A DNA stretch of 64,000 nt from Desulfomonilia bacterium (GTDB taxonomy: Bacteria; Desulfobacterota; Desulfomonilia; UBA1062): contig CAXXDQ010000003.1 in assembly GCA_963664325.2 (NCBI GenBank), positions 352,001 to 416,000 on the forward strand. The letters are read 5' to 3'. Shown piece after piece: positions 34,484 through 45,014 of the stretch. Positions within the stretch are counted from its first letter, which is position 1. Every line of letters begins with the position of its first letter. Under the pieces are notes generated by a model that saw only the letters and a program-made list of their open reading frames with translations, did not search any database and was not told the origin of the DNA. A program made the translations under genes and the position numbers.

Positions 34484-34860
34484 TGGCATAAAAGAAAGGG
34501 CATATCGTTCCGGGGTGTCCCGCACATAAAATGCCAGACCCGGCCCAGCCGGCCGGGATACTCCGGGTCACATTTTTATTAAACCCTGAATCCGGGAAAC
34601 GGTTTCCCATTGTATTGATCCTCCTGATCGCCTGCGCTCAAGCAGTTTACACGTTCTCTTCAGGAGTTCATCCTGAATGTCCCTAAAAACAATTTCTTTC
34701 GTTACTGAGGGGCAGAACTGTTACGATAATTCTCCGGCTTCATGTTCGGAAGAGGAATTTTTAAAAAAAATTAAATATTCATCATTATTATTCCGAAACG
34801 GTAAAATATATCAGATTGTGCGTGGCTGTATGGATAACGAAATAAAAAAGGAGAAGTGAG

Positions 34861-35070
34861 ATGCTTAGATTCTCAGGGCAAACTGCTCAGGGAGATAGAA
34901 TTAACTTTAGATTTAACGACATCAAACATATTGTAAAGGATGAGGACGTTGTCGTCCTGGACAGGCCCGACAAGGTCATTGTGAAATTCTCTTCCCTCGA
35001 AGTGGAGAAGTACGAGAAGGAAATTAGAGGCTCTGATTTCCCTCTGGTCGTCAGGCTGGGGTTTCATTAA
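34861..35070 (+). CDS. Small hypothetical protein (69 aa)
   Basis: AAGGAG RBS, protein-like composition, strong terminator directly downstream. Confidence 0.6.
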   Translation: MLRFSGQTAQGDRINFRFNDIKHIVKDEDVVVLDRPDKVIVKFSSLEVEKYEKEIRGSDFPLVVRLGFH

Positions 35071-35082
35071 GCGTTCTAACAG

Positions 35083-35129
35083 AAAGCCGGAACCCCCTGT
35101 TATTCGATAAACAGGGGTCTCCGGCTTTT
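35083..35129 (+). terminator. Intrinsic terminator
   Basis: AAAGCCGGAACCCCCTGTT...AACAGGGGTCTCCGGCTTTT long hairpin. Confidence 0.75.
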
Positions 35130-35687
35130 AAAAATATTCCCTGTCGAATTATCTGGATTTGCCTGATAAAAAGCGCCAGTCAATTAAAATCAATTGGTCT
35201 CAAATCGTTGTTAACAATATCTTGCAACCGGACATGTTCGAGATTTCCTCTTCAAGCCCGGTGATAAATGTACCGTTTTTCATGACTGATCGGAATAATG
35301 TGTTAATGGAAAGGCCAATGGGGCCGTCATCCTTGTTGAACGGTATTTTTAGGTGTGTGCCTTTTGTCCTAAAGAATATGCATTTTCTCTAATTTTGCTG
35401 GTTCATATGGCAGAGCCGAAATCATCTCCGGTTCGTTTTACAGGATATCACTGGGCTTATCATTCCTGTAAACTTCCTCCGTTAGGCTGCGACTGCTTTG
35501 CATAATACAAATCTTGAAATATTTGTCGTGTCATAAAAACTGCCTGCACCTCCTTGATTTGAGAGATATGTCCCTTATTAAAAATTGATTCATATGGAAA
35601 TCGATCTCTCTTTAAGTGCAATTTATTTCCACTTGTTACGGCATTAAAAATTAATTACATATCTAACTGGTTCCTTGAAAAAGCATC

Positions 35688-35755
35688 TAACTAATTGAAA
35701 ATAAATAATTTCTATGATTTTAAAAACAAAATCTTTTTCTGGTTTAATTATTGCA
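35688..35755 (+). promoter_or_regulatory. Sigma-54 (-24/-12) promoter with an upstream IHF-like site for the PEP-CTERM gene
   Basis: TGG-TTTAATTATT-GCA gives GG-N10-GC at 35741-35754; TAACTAATTGAAA (35688-35700) has one mismatch to the IHF consensus on the - strand; PEP-CTERM genes are known to be often sigma-54-driven. Confidence 0.55.
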
Positions 35756-35811
35756 ATATGATTCATCACAACAACAGAAAATATTAAATCTTACATCTGA
35801 GAGGTTTATTT

Positions 35812-36495
35812 ATGAAAAAGATTATCATCTTCTGTGTTTTATCAATACTAATAGGAGCTCCTGCCGCAGAAGCCACACCATATACATACACCTCAACTGT
35901 TACGGCTGATAACCATTATGCGATCTATACTGGCAATTCCGGTTCCATCAATTATATAGGCAGGAATGAAAGCGGTCCTTCGGGCTCGCCGGGTACTTAC
36001 AACTGGAGCAATCCTGAAAATTTTACATTCGATGTGAATTCCGGGGATTATATATATGTGGCCGGATGGAGCGATAATTCTGTGGCTCAGGGCTGGATAG
36101 GTCAGTTTGTCTCTGATTCAGGTACTATCTTGTCGAACGCAACGGACTGGCAGGTATTCCTTACCTTCAAGGACATTGATGATGGCGGTGCCGCCCCTAC
36201 GGCAGAAAAATTCCAGAATGATATAGCTGGCGCTTCCTGGGTTGGCATAACAAATACCAGAGATAACGGGGCATCGCCCTGGGGGACAATAGATGCGATT
36301 GACTCCAATGCTGACTGGATATGGGGAAGTGCTATGGAACCCGGAAGCGGCTTCGGCGAATATCAGGTATTCAGGGCACAGGTAGCTCCGGCTCCGGTCC
36401 CGGAACCTGCAACAATGACGCTTCTTGGAATCGGAATGCTCGGCGTGGGGCTTGTGGCAAGGAAAAGGAACAGGAAATCAAAATCAACAAAGTAA
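35812..36495 (+). CDS. PEP-CTERM sorting-signal surface protein with a lectin-like beta domain
   Basis: Signal peptide; VTADNHY...WIW domain; C-terminal PVPEPATMTLLGIGMLGVGLVARKR. Confidence 0.93.
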   Translation: MKKIIIFCVLSILIGAPAAEATPYTYTSTVTADNHYAIYTGNSGSINYIGRNESGPSGSPGTYNWSNPENFTFDVNSGDYIYVAGWSDNSVAQGWIGQFVSDSGTILSNATDWQVFLTFKDIDDGGAAPTAEKFQNDIAGASWVGITNTRDNGASPWGTIDAIDSNADWIWGSAMEPGSGFGEYQVFRAQVAPAPVPEPATMTLLGIGMLGVGLVARKRNRKSKSTK

Positions 36496-36517
36496 ATAAA
36501 ATTCTTAATATATCTCG

Positions 36518-36560
36518 GGGAATATTTTCCTGGAGGGGGAGAATATTCCCTCTTTTTATT
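36518..36560 (+). terminator. Intrinsic terminator
   Basis: GGGAATATTTTCC-loop-GGAGAATATTCCC followed by TCTTTTT. Confidence 0.7.
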
Positions 36561-36656
36561 CCTTGGCATAATCAATGGAGAAGGTTTCATGGTCTTGTTC
36601 CTTTTGCTATTTATGATGGTCCATGTTATTATAGTATAATTCAATTATTTTGAGGA

Positions 36657-37505
36657 GTGGTTATGAAAAATATTCTTGGCATTGTAGTCTGCACCGTTTT
36701 CCTTTTGTCCTGTAACGCTCCGGGTGTATACCAGAAAAAGACTCCGGACAATGAATTTTCCATACTCACCTATAATGTCGCAGGATTGCCTCAAGGCATT
36801 TCTTCAAGCAACCCCCTATTCAACATGCCCCAGATCGGGCAGAAATTGAACATCTTTGATATCGCGCTTGTTCAGGAGGATTTTTCATATCACTACAATC
36901 TGATGTATGGGGACGGCCATCCGTACGAATCAGCGTTTGATTCTTTCCACGGCACAGTGGGCGATGGACTGAATTCGTTCTCTTACTGCAGTTTTACCAA
37001 TCTCCAGAGAGTTACCTGGGAGGCATGCCATGGGGTTTTCGGTTACGCCAATGACTGTTTGACGCCCAAAGGTTTCATGTTCGCCCGCTATGAAATATCC
37101 GGTGGTGTATTCGTGGATATATACGATCTGCACATGGATGCCGGCGGTGCAGATGGAGATAATGAAGCCAGAATCATTCAAGTTGAACAGCTGATAGACA
37201 ATATCAATACCTTTTCAGCCGGTCAGGCGGTCATAGTATGCGGGGATTTCAACATGATTTACGACAATGTGAACGACAACATCAACCTGACGCGGTTGAT
37301 TTCAGGTACAGGGCTTTCCGATTCACGCCTGGAACTCGGGATTGCGGGAGAGCGGATTGACAAGATACTCTACCGCAGCAACAGCACGGTTCTTTTAACT
37401 CCCGTCGCCTATACTGTCGAATCTGATACTTTCCTCAACAGCAAAGGCAAACAGCTATCCGACCATGAGGCGGTCAGCGTACTTTTCAGGTGGGACAAGA
37501 TATAA
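36657..37505 (+). CDS. Endonuclease/exonuclease/phosphatase family lipoprotein (sphingomyelinase-like)
   Basis: Lipobox LLSC; LTYNVAGLP, VQEDF, LHMDAG, GDFN, IDKILYR, LSDH. Confidence 0.88.
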   Translation: MVMKNILGIVVCTVFLLSCNAPGVYQKKTPDNEFSILTYNVAGLPQGISSSNPLFNMPQIGQKLNIFDIALVQEDFSYHYNLMYGDGHPYESAFDSFHGTVGDGLNSFSYCSFTNLQRVTWEACHGVFGYANDCLTPKGFMFARYEISGGVFVDIYDLHMDAGGADGDNEARIIQVEQLIDNINTFSAGQAVIVCGDFNMIYDNVNDNINLTRLISGTGLSDSRLELGIAGERIDKILYRSNSTVLLTPVAYTVESDTFLNSKGKQLSDHEAVSVLFRWDKI

Positions 37506-37704
37506 TCCCTATTCTCAACCATGATTCGACCTCACTGCTTTCGTAAAAGTGCTATTTGAATTGTTAGGAGAAAGGCCTTGCATGAAAAATCAGCGATCAA
37601 AAATAATTCGTCATCTTTGGTAAGGTATTTGGAACCTAATGATAAGGATAATCCTGATATGAGGGTGAATGTGTTGCAGTTATTTTTCAGCAGTGAGGTT
37701 AATC

Positions 37705-38199
37705 ATGAAGGGGCAAATTGTTACCGGATTATTTATCATTTTACTAATAATATTTGAAACACCTGTCTTCGCATCATATTTCAAAGGGATTCCTGTTGTA
37801 CCGGATTCGGTATTCCAAGGCCTTGATACTCAGAATATCAGTAAATCCGAGTTAAAGGCGCAAAGGCAGAGCATATTCGACAAGATGGATGTGGAGAAGG
37901 ACGGCAAAATCAGCAAAGACGAATTCATGCTTTATGAGAAGAGTATTTTCGCGGGGCTTGACAAGAAGAAAGATGATGCCCTTACTCCCGATGAGGTAAA
38001 TAAAACCTGCCAGGTTTACTTTGTATGCCTTGATGCGAACAAGGACAACAAGGTCACGCTGCAGGAATTTGAGGCCAAGCTGGATGAGACATTCAAGCTT
38101 ATGGACGGAAAGGACCAGGACGGTTATATTACCAGTAAGGAATATTTCTCTTTCTGGAAAGACCATGACAAGGCCTGTGCCGGAAAACAGACAAGATGA
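37705..38199 (+). CDS. Secreted EF-hand calcium-binding protein
   Basis: Signal peptide; four EF-hand-like loops DVEKDGKISKDE, DKKKDDALTPDE, DANKDNKVTLQE, DGKDQDGYITSKE. Confidence 0.8.
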   Translation: MKGQIVTGLFIILLIIFETPVFASYFKGIPVVPDSVFQGLDTQNISKSELKAQRQSIFDKMDVEKDGKISKDEFMLYEKSIFAGLDKKKDDALTPDEVNKTCQVYFVCLDANKDNKVTLQEFEAKLDETFKLMDGKDQDGYITSKEYFSFWKDHDKACAGKQTR

Positions 38200-38235
38200 G
38201 CAAGTATCATTTATAATCCATAAAAGGAGAGCATT

Positions 38236-38736
38236 ATGAAAGATTGCGACCCCATTGCCATTTCCGAAACCCTGACAAACCGGATTAAAAAAGGTGCCTT
38301 TCTGACCGTCAAGGCCGGTGACTCCTTGAACACAATGACCATCGGCTGGGCCCTGATTGGATACATCTGGCAGCGGCCCGTGTTCATGGTGGCCGTTCGC
38401 AATTCGCGCCATACCTTTTCCATCATCGAAAAGGCTGTGGATTTCACTGTAACCGTACCTGCGGGAGATATGAAAGAAGCCCTCATGTTCTGCGGTTCCA
38501 ATTCCGGAAGGGATCTGGATAAATTCAAGGCCTGTAACCTGATAACCGCAGCGGCACATCAGACCGTCTCTCCCGTTATCAATCTGCCGGGTATCCACCT
38601 GGAATGCCGGATCTGTTTCAAAGCGCCCATGGATCCCGCTCATCTCGATCCTGCCCTTGAAGACCTCTATCCGGCTAAGGATTACCACACCCTCTATTTC
38701 GGAGAGATCTCAGCCTGTTACGAGACAGACAAATAA
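38236..38736 (+). CDS. Flavin reductase-like (flavoredoxin) protein
   Basis: NTMTIGW, VRNSRHT, CGSNSGRDLDKF, DYHTLYFGEI. Confidence 0.88.
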   Translation: MKDCDPIAISETLTNRIKKGAFLTVKAGDSLNTMTIGWALIGYIWQRPVFMVAVRNSRHTFSIIEKAVDFTVTVPAGDMKEALMFCGSNSGRDLDKFKACNLITAAAHQTVSPVINLPGIHLECRICFKAPMDPAHLDPALEDLYPAKDYHTLYFGEISACYETDK

Positions 38737-38889
38737 TAGGAGGAGACCTGTTGATTCACGGATAAAATCCTTCAAATGCATCGCTTTTCGACTGAACACG
38801 CAAAGAGTCAACAGCGATTTGATGAAAGAAGCATCACAATGTCGGGATTATTACAGAATCAGGTTTATGTTATTGGGCATTGACTGTAT

Positions 38890-39156
38890 TTACTCCTGAT
38901 CGGGATTCATGCTGCGATATTTTTCCTCGCCGCTTTCAGCCTCATCCCTAATTTCTTTCCGGTCTTCTTCTGTAACCTTATAACGTTCATCGGGGGTCAA
39001 TCTGGGATCGGATGAATCAAAGTCTCTTGCATCAGAATTAACGATGCCTGTGTCATTGCTGTCGCGGATTTTGACGGAATCCGAATAAACAGCACCGGCA
39101 GGCATAAGGAAACCGGCTATTAAAATAACTGCAAAAGCTGTTCTGAAACGATTCAA
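38890..39156 (-). CDS. Small secreted hypothetical protein
   Basis: TTG start after GGGAG; signal-peptide-like NRFRTAFAVILIAGFLMPAGA; acidic mature part. Confidence 0.5.
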   Translation of the reverse strand: MNRFRTAFAVILIAGFLMPAGAVYSDSVKIRDSNDTGIVNSDARDFDSSDPRLTPDERYKVTEEDRKEIRDEAESGEEKYRSMNPDQE

Positions 39157-39263
39157 GATGCACTCCCTGTAACTTGTCAGTCTTAAGTAGTCCTTTTCGG
39201 TAAAAAAGTGTTTGCCCTTAATCCCTGATATGCAAACATCAGCACTCGACAAGCTGCAGGCGC

Positions 39264-40520
39264 CTATTCAATAGGCTTTTGATGGCTCGGTTTCCTGAAA
39301 ATGGCTATCAGCAGGAAACCTGCAAGGAGTATGGCTGACTCTATGTAAAGCGCATTCTGGAAGCTGCCTGTAATCATCTTGACTCTGGCAAAGAGGTATG
39401 GACCCGATACCCCGGCCAGCCCGACCGCTGTGAAAATGACCCCGTAAATCCTGCCTATGCTGGAAGGCCCGAACATGTCTGCCGTGAAAGCTGGCAATGT
39501 TGAATACATGCCTCCATAGCAGGCAAGCAGGTAGCAGGCAAGACAGGTGAACATCAGGGTCCCGGTCGAATGGCCGATGGCCGCATAGCCTGCAGCCTGG
39601 GTCAGGAAAATAATCATGAATACAGCCCTTCTTCCCACCCAATCCGAAAACCATGCCCAGGCGAACCGCCCCAATCCGTTGAATATGGCTGCGATAGCCA
39701 CGATGGTGCCTGAAAGGATGTAAATGTTCTTGAGTATCTGTTCAGTAACGTAATTGCCCAGGCCCTGCCTGATGACATCCTGCGCAATGGGTGAAAGCTG
39801 CGAGATGAATCCGAGTCCGGCAGTGACATTCAGAAAGAGCATCAGCCATAAAGCCCAATACTGCCAGGTTTTTAAGGCCTGTGAGAACGTGAAGGACGAA
39901 GAATCAGCGATGGCAACGGTTTTTCCCTGCACGGGGACACGATGCTCCATCCAGCCTGAAGGCGGGTTTTTAATGAGCATTATCCCCAAAGGAACCAGCA
40001 CAATGCTTATGAGCCCCCATGCGGTAAATGTTTTTTCCAGACCTAAATCTAATATTGCCCTGGGCGCCAGGTTTCCCATGACAAACGACCCGAAGCCGTA
40101 GCCCATGACGGCAAGCCCCGTCACAAGCCCGCGCCTGTCCGGGAACCACTTGATTAGGGTCGTTATGGGGACTGTGTAACCCAGTCCTCCGCCCAGCCCC
40201 ACGATTATCCCGTACGCGACGTATAAGAGCCCTGCAGAACCTATGACATTTGCATAACCTGCCAGCAGCAGCCCTGAGCCGAAAAGGATGCCGCCCGCCA
40301 TTCCTGTCAGCCTGGGGCCTTTCCTGTCTATAAGCATGCCTCCCAGTGCAACGGAGACGGCAAAGCACAGGGACTGTATCATGAAGGCGGCCTGAGTGGC
40401 TGTCTCCGACCAGCCGTGCGCCGTCATCATGGGCTTTTTGAATATCGACCAGGCATAGACGGTTCCGAGACAGAGCTGGACGATCACACCGGCAGCGGCA
40501 ATGAGCCACCTTTTTTTCAT
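39264..40520 (-). CDS. MFS transporter, oxalate/formate antiporter (OFA) family
   Basis: RWLIAAAG..QLCLGTVYAWSIF, KWFPDRRGLVTGLAVMGYGFG, FNGLGR. Confidence 0.92.
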   Translation of the reverse strand: MKKRWLIAAAGVIVQLCLGTVYAWSIFKKPMMTAHGWSETATQAAFMIQSLCFAVSVALGGMLIDRKGPRLTGMAGGILFGSGLLLAGYANVIGSAGLLYVAYGIIVGLGGGLGYTVPITTLIKWFPDRRGLVTGLAVMGYGFGSFVMGNLAPRAILDLGLEKTFTAWGLISIVLVPLGIMLIKNPPSGWMEHRVPVQGKTVAIADSSSFTFSQALKTWQYWALWLMLFLNVTAGLGFISQLSPIAQDVIRQGLGNYVTEQILKNIYILSGTIVAIAAIFNGLGRFAWAWFSDWVGRRAVFMIIFLTQAAGYAAIGHSTGTLMFTCLACYLLACYGGMYSTLPAFTADMFGPSSIGRIYGVIFTAVGLAGVSGPYLFARVKMITGSFQNALYIESAILLAGFLLIAIFRKPSHQKPIE

Positions 40521-40586
40521 TAAATATGAGTTTTCTTCACCAAAGGACATTAGCCGTCATTTATAAAATGGAACCTGATAAAAAAG

Positions 40587-40787
40587 CTATCGTTTCTTTG
40601 TTGCCTGCTGAGATTTTTTTCTCATCTTCTCGCCTTGACTGGCGTTATATTCGAGCCATGAGGCGAGAAGCTCTTCGTTTTCTTTGTCAAAATCTTTGCT
40701 GCCCAGTTCATCCGGACTGCATGAGGCTGTCATCTTCATAAAGAAGTCATCATGGGCCTTCCGGGTTTTTCTGCCGGTTTTTTTCAT
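40587..40787 (-). CDS. Small hypothetical protein (66 aa)
   Basis: ATGA overlap with the stop codon of the upstream MBL gene. Confidence 0.4.
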   Translation of the reverse strand: MKKTGRKTRKAHDDFFMKMTASCSPDELGSKDFDKENEELLASWLEYNASQGEKMRKKSQQATKKR

Positions 40788-41623
40788 CCGAATACCGTAA
40801 AGCTATTGAACGCAGGCACAAACCTGATTTCTGCGGCCGGGACAGTTTTCATGGCTGAAGAGATGAATTCGTCGATGCGGACCCCCTTCAGCAGGCGCAG
40901 CCCTTTTTCGAACGGGGAGAAGAACCAGTCGTGGTGAACAGGTATTATCCTGTGGGCGCCGGTTTTCCTGACGGTTTCATGGAGATAGGGGCAGGTCTCT
41001 TTACGGCCTGCGAGGCACAGAAATACAGTATCAGCCTTGATTCCGTCGTACATCCCGGGAATCCAGCCTGCGCTCCCGTGATGGATGAATGTGCCCAGGG
41101 GATGGTTTATGACCATGCCGAAGAAACCGCCCAGCCTGTAATCAGAAGCCTTGGCAGGCGGGGCAAACGGTTTTTCAATGATGCCGGGGTAAGGTATCCT
41201 GCCGAGGAAGGCCGGCCCATGCACCCCTTCGATGAATCTTATGTTGAACTTTCCCAGATCCAGAGTACTGCCGTTTTTAATGACCCTGATTCTTTCTTCA
41301 GGCAGACCTGCTCCTCTGGCGACATTGGCGGTGCTTTCCGAACCCGCGAGCAGGGCGGTTGTCCTTATGGCGAATTCCGGCGCGTCAAGCAGGTGGTCGA
41401 AGTGGGAATGCCCCAGCAGAACAGCTGCAGCTTTTTGTCCGGATGTAAGGCTTATGCATTCATCGATCCTTTTGATATCCGGGCTGATCTTCCTCCCTGA
41501 AAAAACCTTGAAAGCCGGGGACCTGCTTACATACGGGTCTATATAAAACGAGGTCTCCCCGTCAGTAACATACAACCCTGCCGTTCCAAGCCAGGTAGCC
41601 TCTATATGGTTTGAACCGTTCAT
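40784..41623 (-). CDS. MBL-fold metallo-hydrolase
   Basis: WLGTAG, IDPYVSR, GHSHFDHLLD, IPVHHD. Confidence 0.88.
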   Translation of the reverse strand: MNGSNHIEATWLGTAGLYVTDGETSFYIDPYVSRSPAFKVFSGRKISPDIKRIDECISLTSGQKAAAVLLGHSHFDHLLDAPEFAIRTTALLAGSESTANVARGAGLPEERIRVIKNGSTLDLGKFNIRFIEGVHGPAFLGRIPYPGIIEKPFAPPAKASDYRLGGFFGMVINHPLGTFIHHGSAGWIPGMYDGIKADTVFLCLAGRKETCPYLHETVRKTGAHRIIPVHHDWFFSPFEKGLRLLKGVRIDEFISSAMKTVPAAEIRFVPAFNSFTVFG

Positions 41624-41729
41624 CCGATTTCCTCTTCTGCCTATAGAATTGAATATTGAATGCCGATCATTTTGAGACGGATTGCATTTTAGTCAAGGCT
41701 ATTCTGCAAATATCCGTATTTTGGCTGAA

Positions 41730-42491
41730 TCAGGGAATTTTACCGACAGGGGCGATGTAGATTGTGAATTCTTCATTGCCGTCAACCCCGATCAGCCTGT
41801 CGCATTCCTCCTGGTCATAGGCTGCTATGGCGCAGGTCCCTGCATGGATACTTTCGCACGCAAGGTAAAGGTTCTGGCAGACATGGCCCGCTTCGATTGC
41901 GATCACCTTGTGTGCAGCCAGGTCATAGCGCCACTCCATGCGTGCGGGTATCGCGGTCCATATAAAAACGACCGCGGAAGCCGATACAAACCCCTGTCCG
42001 AGACAGGCGACTGCGGCTTTGCGCATGATCCTTTCGTCGACGGACAGTTGCGCCAGCTGTCCGTCCAAAGGCAGATAACGGTAAAGCCCCGGAGCCAGAG
42101 AGCCAACCCTGCCTATTGCAAGATAGGTTTCCAGGGCATGCCGCGCCCCTGCGGATGGGACCGTTCGAAGAGCGCATTCGGGACTCAACATTTCGCGAAC
42201 GCCCTGTGTCGCCCAGAGCAGGGCGGCCAACTCCTCTATACTCAATGGCAAGCTGCCATATTGCCGCACGCTTTGTCTCCGGGTGATTGCATCACCAATC
42301 GGTGTCCCTCCCAGCTTTGCCAATGCAGCTCTTCCATCTGGAAGACTGATCCTGGCAGCTTCATGCGGACATGGCATTTGCAGGGGAGGCGCAGAGATGC
42401 CCCGGTTCTGCCCGGTCCGGGAGAAATCGATCTGCTGCCTTATATTATCCTTAAGGAAAAAGCGGTTTTGTTCGTACTTTTTGTCAGACAT
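41730..42491 (-). CDS. SagB/ThcOx-family nitroreductase-fold dehydrogenase (stand-alone)
   Basis: RRQSVRQY, LLWATQG, RTVPSAGARH, EAGHVCQNLYLA. Confidence 0.9.
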   Translation of the reverse strand: MSDKKYEQNRFFLKDNIRQQIDFSRTGQNRGISAPPLQMPCPHEAARISLPDGRAALAKLGGTPIGDAITRRQSVRQYGSLPLSIEELAALLWATQGVREMLSPECALRTVPSAGARHALETYLAIGRVGSLAPGLYRYLPLDGQLAQLSVDERIMRKAAVACLGQGFVSASAVVFIWTAIPARMEWRYDLAAHKVIAIEAGHVCQNLYLACESIHAGTCAIAAYDQEECDRLIGVDGNEEFTIYIAPVGKIP

Positions 42492-42587
42492 TTAATCCAG
42501 TCTCCTTGTCGTTTGTTTCCAAATAAACAGGGGGAATATGCTTCATACCTGTCAAGCCAGTAAAATTTTCTGGATAAAGAGAACAAA

Positions 42588-43942
42588 ATGGATACAATGT
42601 CCATCATGGACGTGATGTATCTTGCCAGAATCCAGTTCGCAATGACAGCTATATTTCATTTCCTGTTCGTTCCTCTTACGCTCGGGCTGGCCCCGCTGGT
42701 TGCATGGATGGAGACCAAGCACCTGACAACCGGTGATGAAATGTATGAGCGCATGGCGAAGTTCTGGGGCAATCTTTTCATCATTAATTTTGCCCTCGGG
42801 GTCGTGACGGGGCTTACCATGGAATTCCAGTTCGGCATGAACTGGGCCAAATATTCCACCTATGTGGGTGATATATTCGGCGCGCCGCTCGCAATCGAGG
42901 CGCTGGCTGCATTCTTCCTTGAAAAGCATATTCATCGGCCTCTGGATTTTCGGCCGAGGTTAAAATTTCCGGGAAACTTCATGTCGCCTCGATCTGGATC
43001 GTCGCGTTTGCCGTCAACCTGTCCGCCTTCTGGATACTGTTTGCAAACGGATGGATGCAGCACCCTGTAGGCTATACGATACAGCAGGGCCGTGCAGTGA
43101 TGACGGACTTTTGGGCTTTCCTTAAAAATACCTATGGCTGGTATAAATTCCTGCACACGATGTTTGCAGGTTTCGTAACCTCATCATTTTTCGTCCTCGG
43201 AATATCGGCGTGGCATCTTCTCAGGAAGAGCGGGACAGCCCTGTTCATGGCATCGTTTAAAATGGCGGCGATACTTGGGCTCGCCAGTTCGATTATGGTT
43301 TTTGTGCTTGGCGACATGGCCGGCGGCGATATAGCCATGGTCCAGCCAGAAAAGCTGGCCGCCATGGAATCCCACTGGGAGACCGCAAGGCATGTACCTT
43401 TTTATCTGCTCGTCATGCCCGATGAACGGAATTCGAAAAATTCCATAGAGCTCTTCGGCATCCCGGGAATGGTGAGCTTCCTTTCATTCAAGGATTTCAA
43501 TGCCGAGGTCAAGGGCCTCAGGGAATGGCCGAAAGAGGACAGGCCTCCGGTCCTGCCCGTGTTCGCCGGCTTCAGGCTGATGGTGGGCCTGGGCCTGCTG
43601 TTCATGCTGTTAACCGCGATTGCGGTATACATTTCAATTAGGGACGGATATGGAAAATGGGGTTGGTTTTTAAAGCTGCTTCCTTGGGCATTGCCGCTTC
43701 CGTATCTTGCAGCCGAACTCGGCTGGGTGGTCGCCGAGATGGGCCGGCAGCCGTGGATTGTGTACAGGGTCATGCGCACGGCTGAGGCGGTTTCTCCGTC
43801 CGTTGGAGCAGGACAGGTAGTCTTTACCATTATAAGCTTTCTGATGATCTACGGACTGCTTGCAGCCCTTGACATCTACCTTCTTGCCAAGGCTGCGCGC
43901 AAAGGTCCCGTACCCGCATCTGCAGAGAGGTCCGAATCATGA
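42588..43942 (+). CDS. cydA: Cytochrome bd ubiquinol oxidase subunit I (two apparent 1-nt insertions near 42922-42961)
   Basis: [50 protein letters not shown]. Confidence 0.93.
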
Positions 43943-44934
43943 GCCTTGCAGCCTTGTGGTTTTTTATCCTGGGTGTTCTGTGGGCCGCATGGATTGCCAC
44001 GGACGGCTTTGACCTGGGAGTCGGCATACTTTATCCGTTCATCGGTAAAACCCCTGGAGAAAAGTCACAGCTTGTAAAAACAATAGCCCCTCTCTGGGAC
44101 GGGAACGAGGTCTGGCTGATTACTGCAGCCGGCGCTACATTTGCAGCCTTCCCGGCGGTCTACGCTGCCCTTTTCAGCTTCATGTACATTCTGTTTGCAC
44201 TTTTGCTATTCTCGCTGATCCTCCGCGGAGTCGCGCTTGAATTCATATACAAGGGGCGAGGAGAGCTCTGGCTAAAGGCGTGGGGCATGCTGTTTTTTGC
44301 AGGGAGCATTTCAGCGCCGCTTTTCTTCGGACTTATCTTCGGTAACGTCTTTCAGGGGCTGCCTTTTGATGCCGCAGGCTTCAGGGGAGGTTTTTCCAGC
44401 CTTATAAATCCGCTGTCGATACTCACAGGTTGTTTAATGGTGATCCTCTGCATCCTGCACGGCAGTCTGTGGGTTTTTATTAATGCTGAAGGAAGCCTGA
44501 GAACTAGAGCGCGATCGACATCATCATCCGCATGGTTTATAGCGCTTGTCGTCCTAATAATATTTATCGCTGAAATCCCCATATTTACAGAGCTGCACAG
44601 AAATTATCTCAAATATCCGATAATTTTTATGTTGCCGGCAATACTGCTGGCAAGTTTTTTCTGTATCCGCCTGTTCATTGCAAAAGGCAGTCCCTGGATA
44701 TCGTTTGCATGCACGATGCTTTTAATAATAACGCTTTTCATGACGGCTTTTGCGGGGCTGTATCCGAATTTCCTTTTGTCGTTGATTGACCCGAATGAAA
44801 ACCTTACCGTTTCACGGTCGTCTTCAGGCAGTAATACCCTTGTCATCATGACAGGAGTCGCACTTGTAATGGTGCCCGTGGTAATAGCCTGCCAGGCATT
44901 TGTTTACAGGGTGTTCAGGTTTAAAGATAAATAA
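43939..44934 (+). CDS. cydB: Cytochrome bd ubiquinol oxidase subunit II
   Basis: DGFDLGVG, PLWDGNEVWL, FAAFP; ATGA overlap with cydA. Confidence 0.94.
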   Translation: MSLAALWFFILGVLWAAWIATDGFDLGVGILYPFIGKTPGEKSQLVKTIAPLWDGNEVWLITAAGATFAAFPAVYAALFSFMYILFALLLFSLILRGVALEFIYKGRGELWLKAWGMLFFAGSISAPLFFGLIFGNVFQGLPFDAAGFRGGFSSLINPLSILTGCLMVILCILHGSLWVFINAEGSLRTRARSTSSSAWFIALVVLIIFIAEIPIFTELHRNYLKYPIIFMLPAILLASFFCIRLFIAKGSPWISFACTMLLIITLFMTAFAGLYPNFLLSLIDPNENLTVSRSSSGSNTLVIMTGVALVMVPVVIACQAFVYRVFRFKDK

Positions 44935-45014
44935 AACCTCGCCGCATCTTGACTGAACATGCAAGCACCTTACCTTTATTTACAGGTTTTTTTACAAATT
45001 GCAGGAGGTGGCTG

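Noticed and set aside
35159-35680. Short ORFs or ncRNA in the AT-rich gap before the PEP-CTERM gene
   Set aside because: No RBS, motif or convincing structure; best explained as a regulatory region
41730-42491. RiPP (thiazole/oxazole) biosynthetic cluster
   Set aside because: The SagB-like gene stands alone; no YcaO, precursor peptide or dedicated exporter nearby
42900-42970. Programmed frameshifting or phase variation in cydA and other split genes
   Set aside because: Indels are scattered over many unrelated genes at short runs, with no slippery-site/stimulator pattern; sequencing error is more parsimonious
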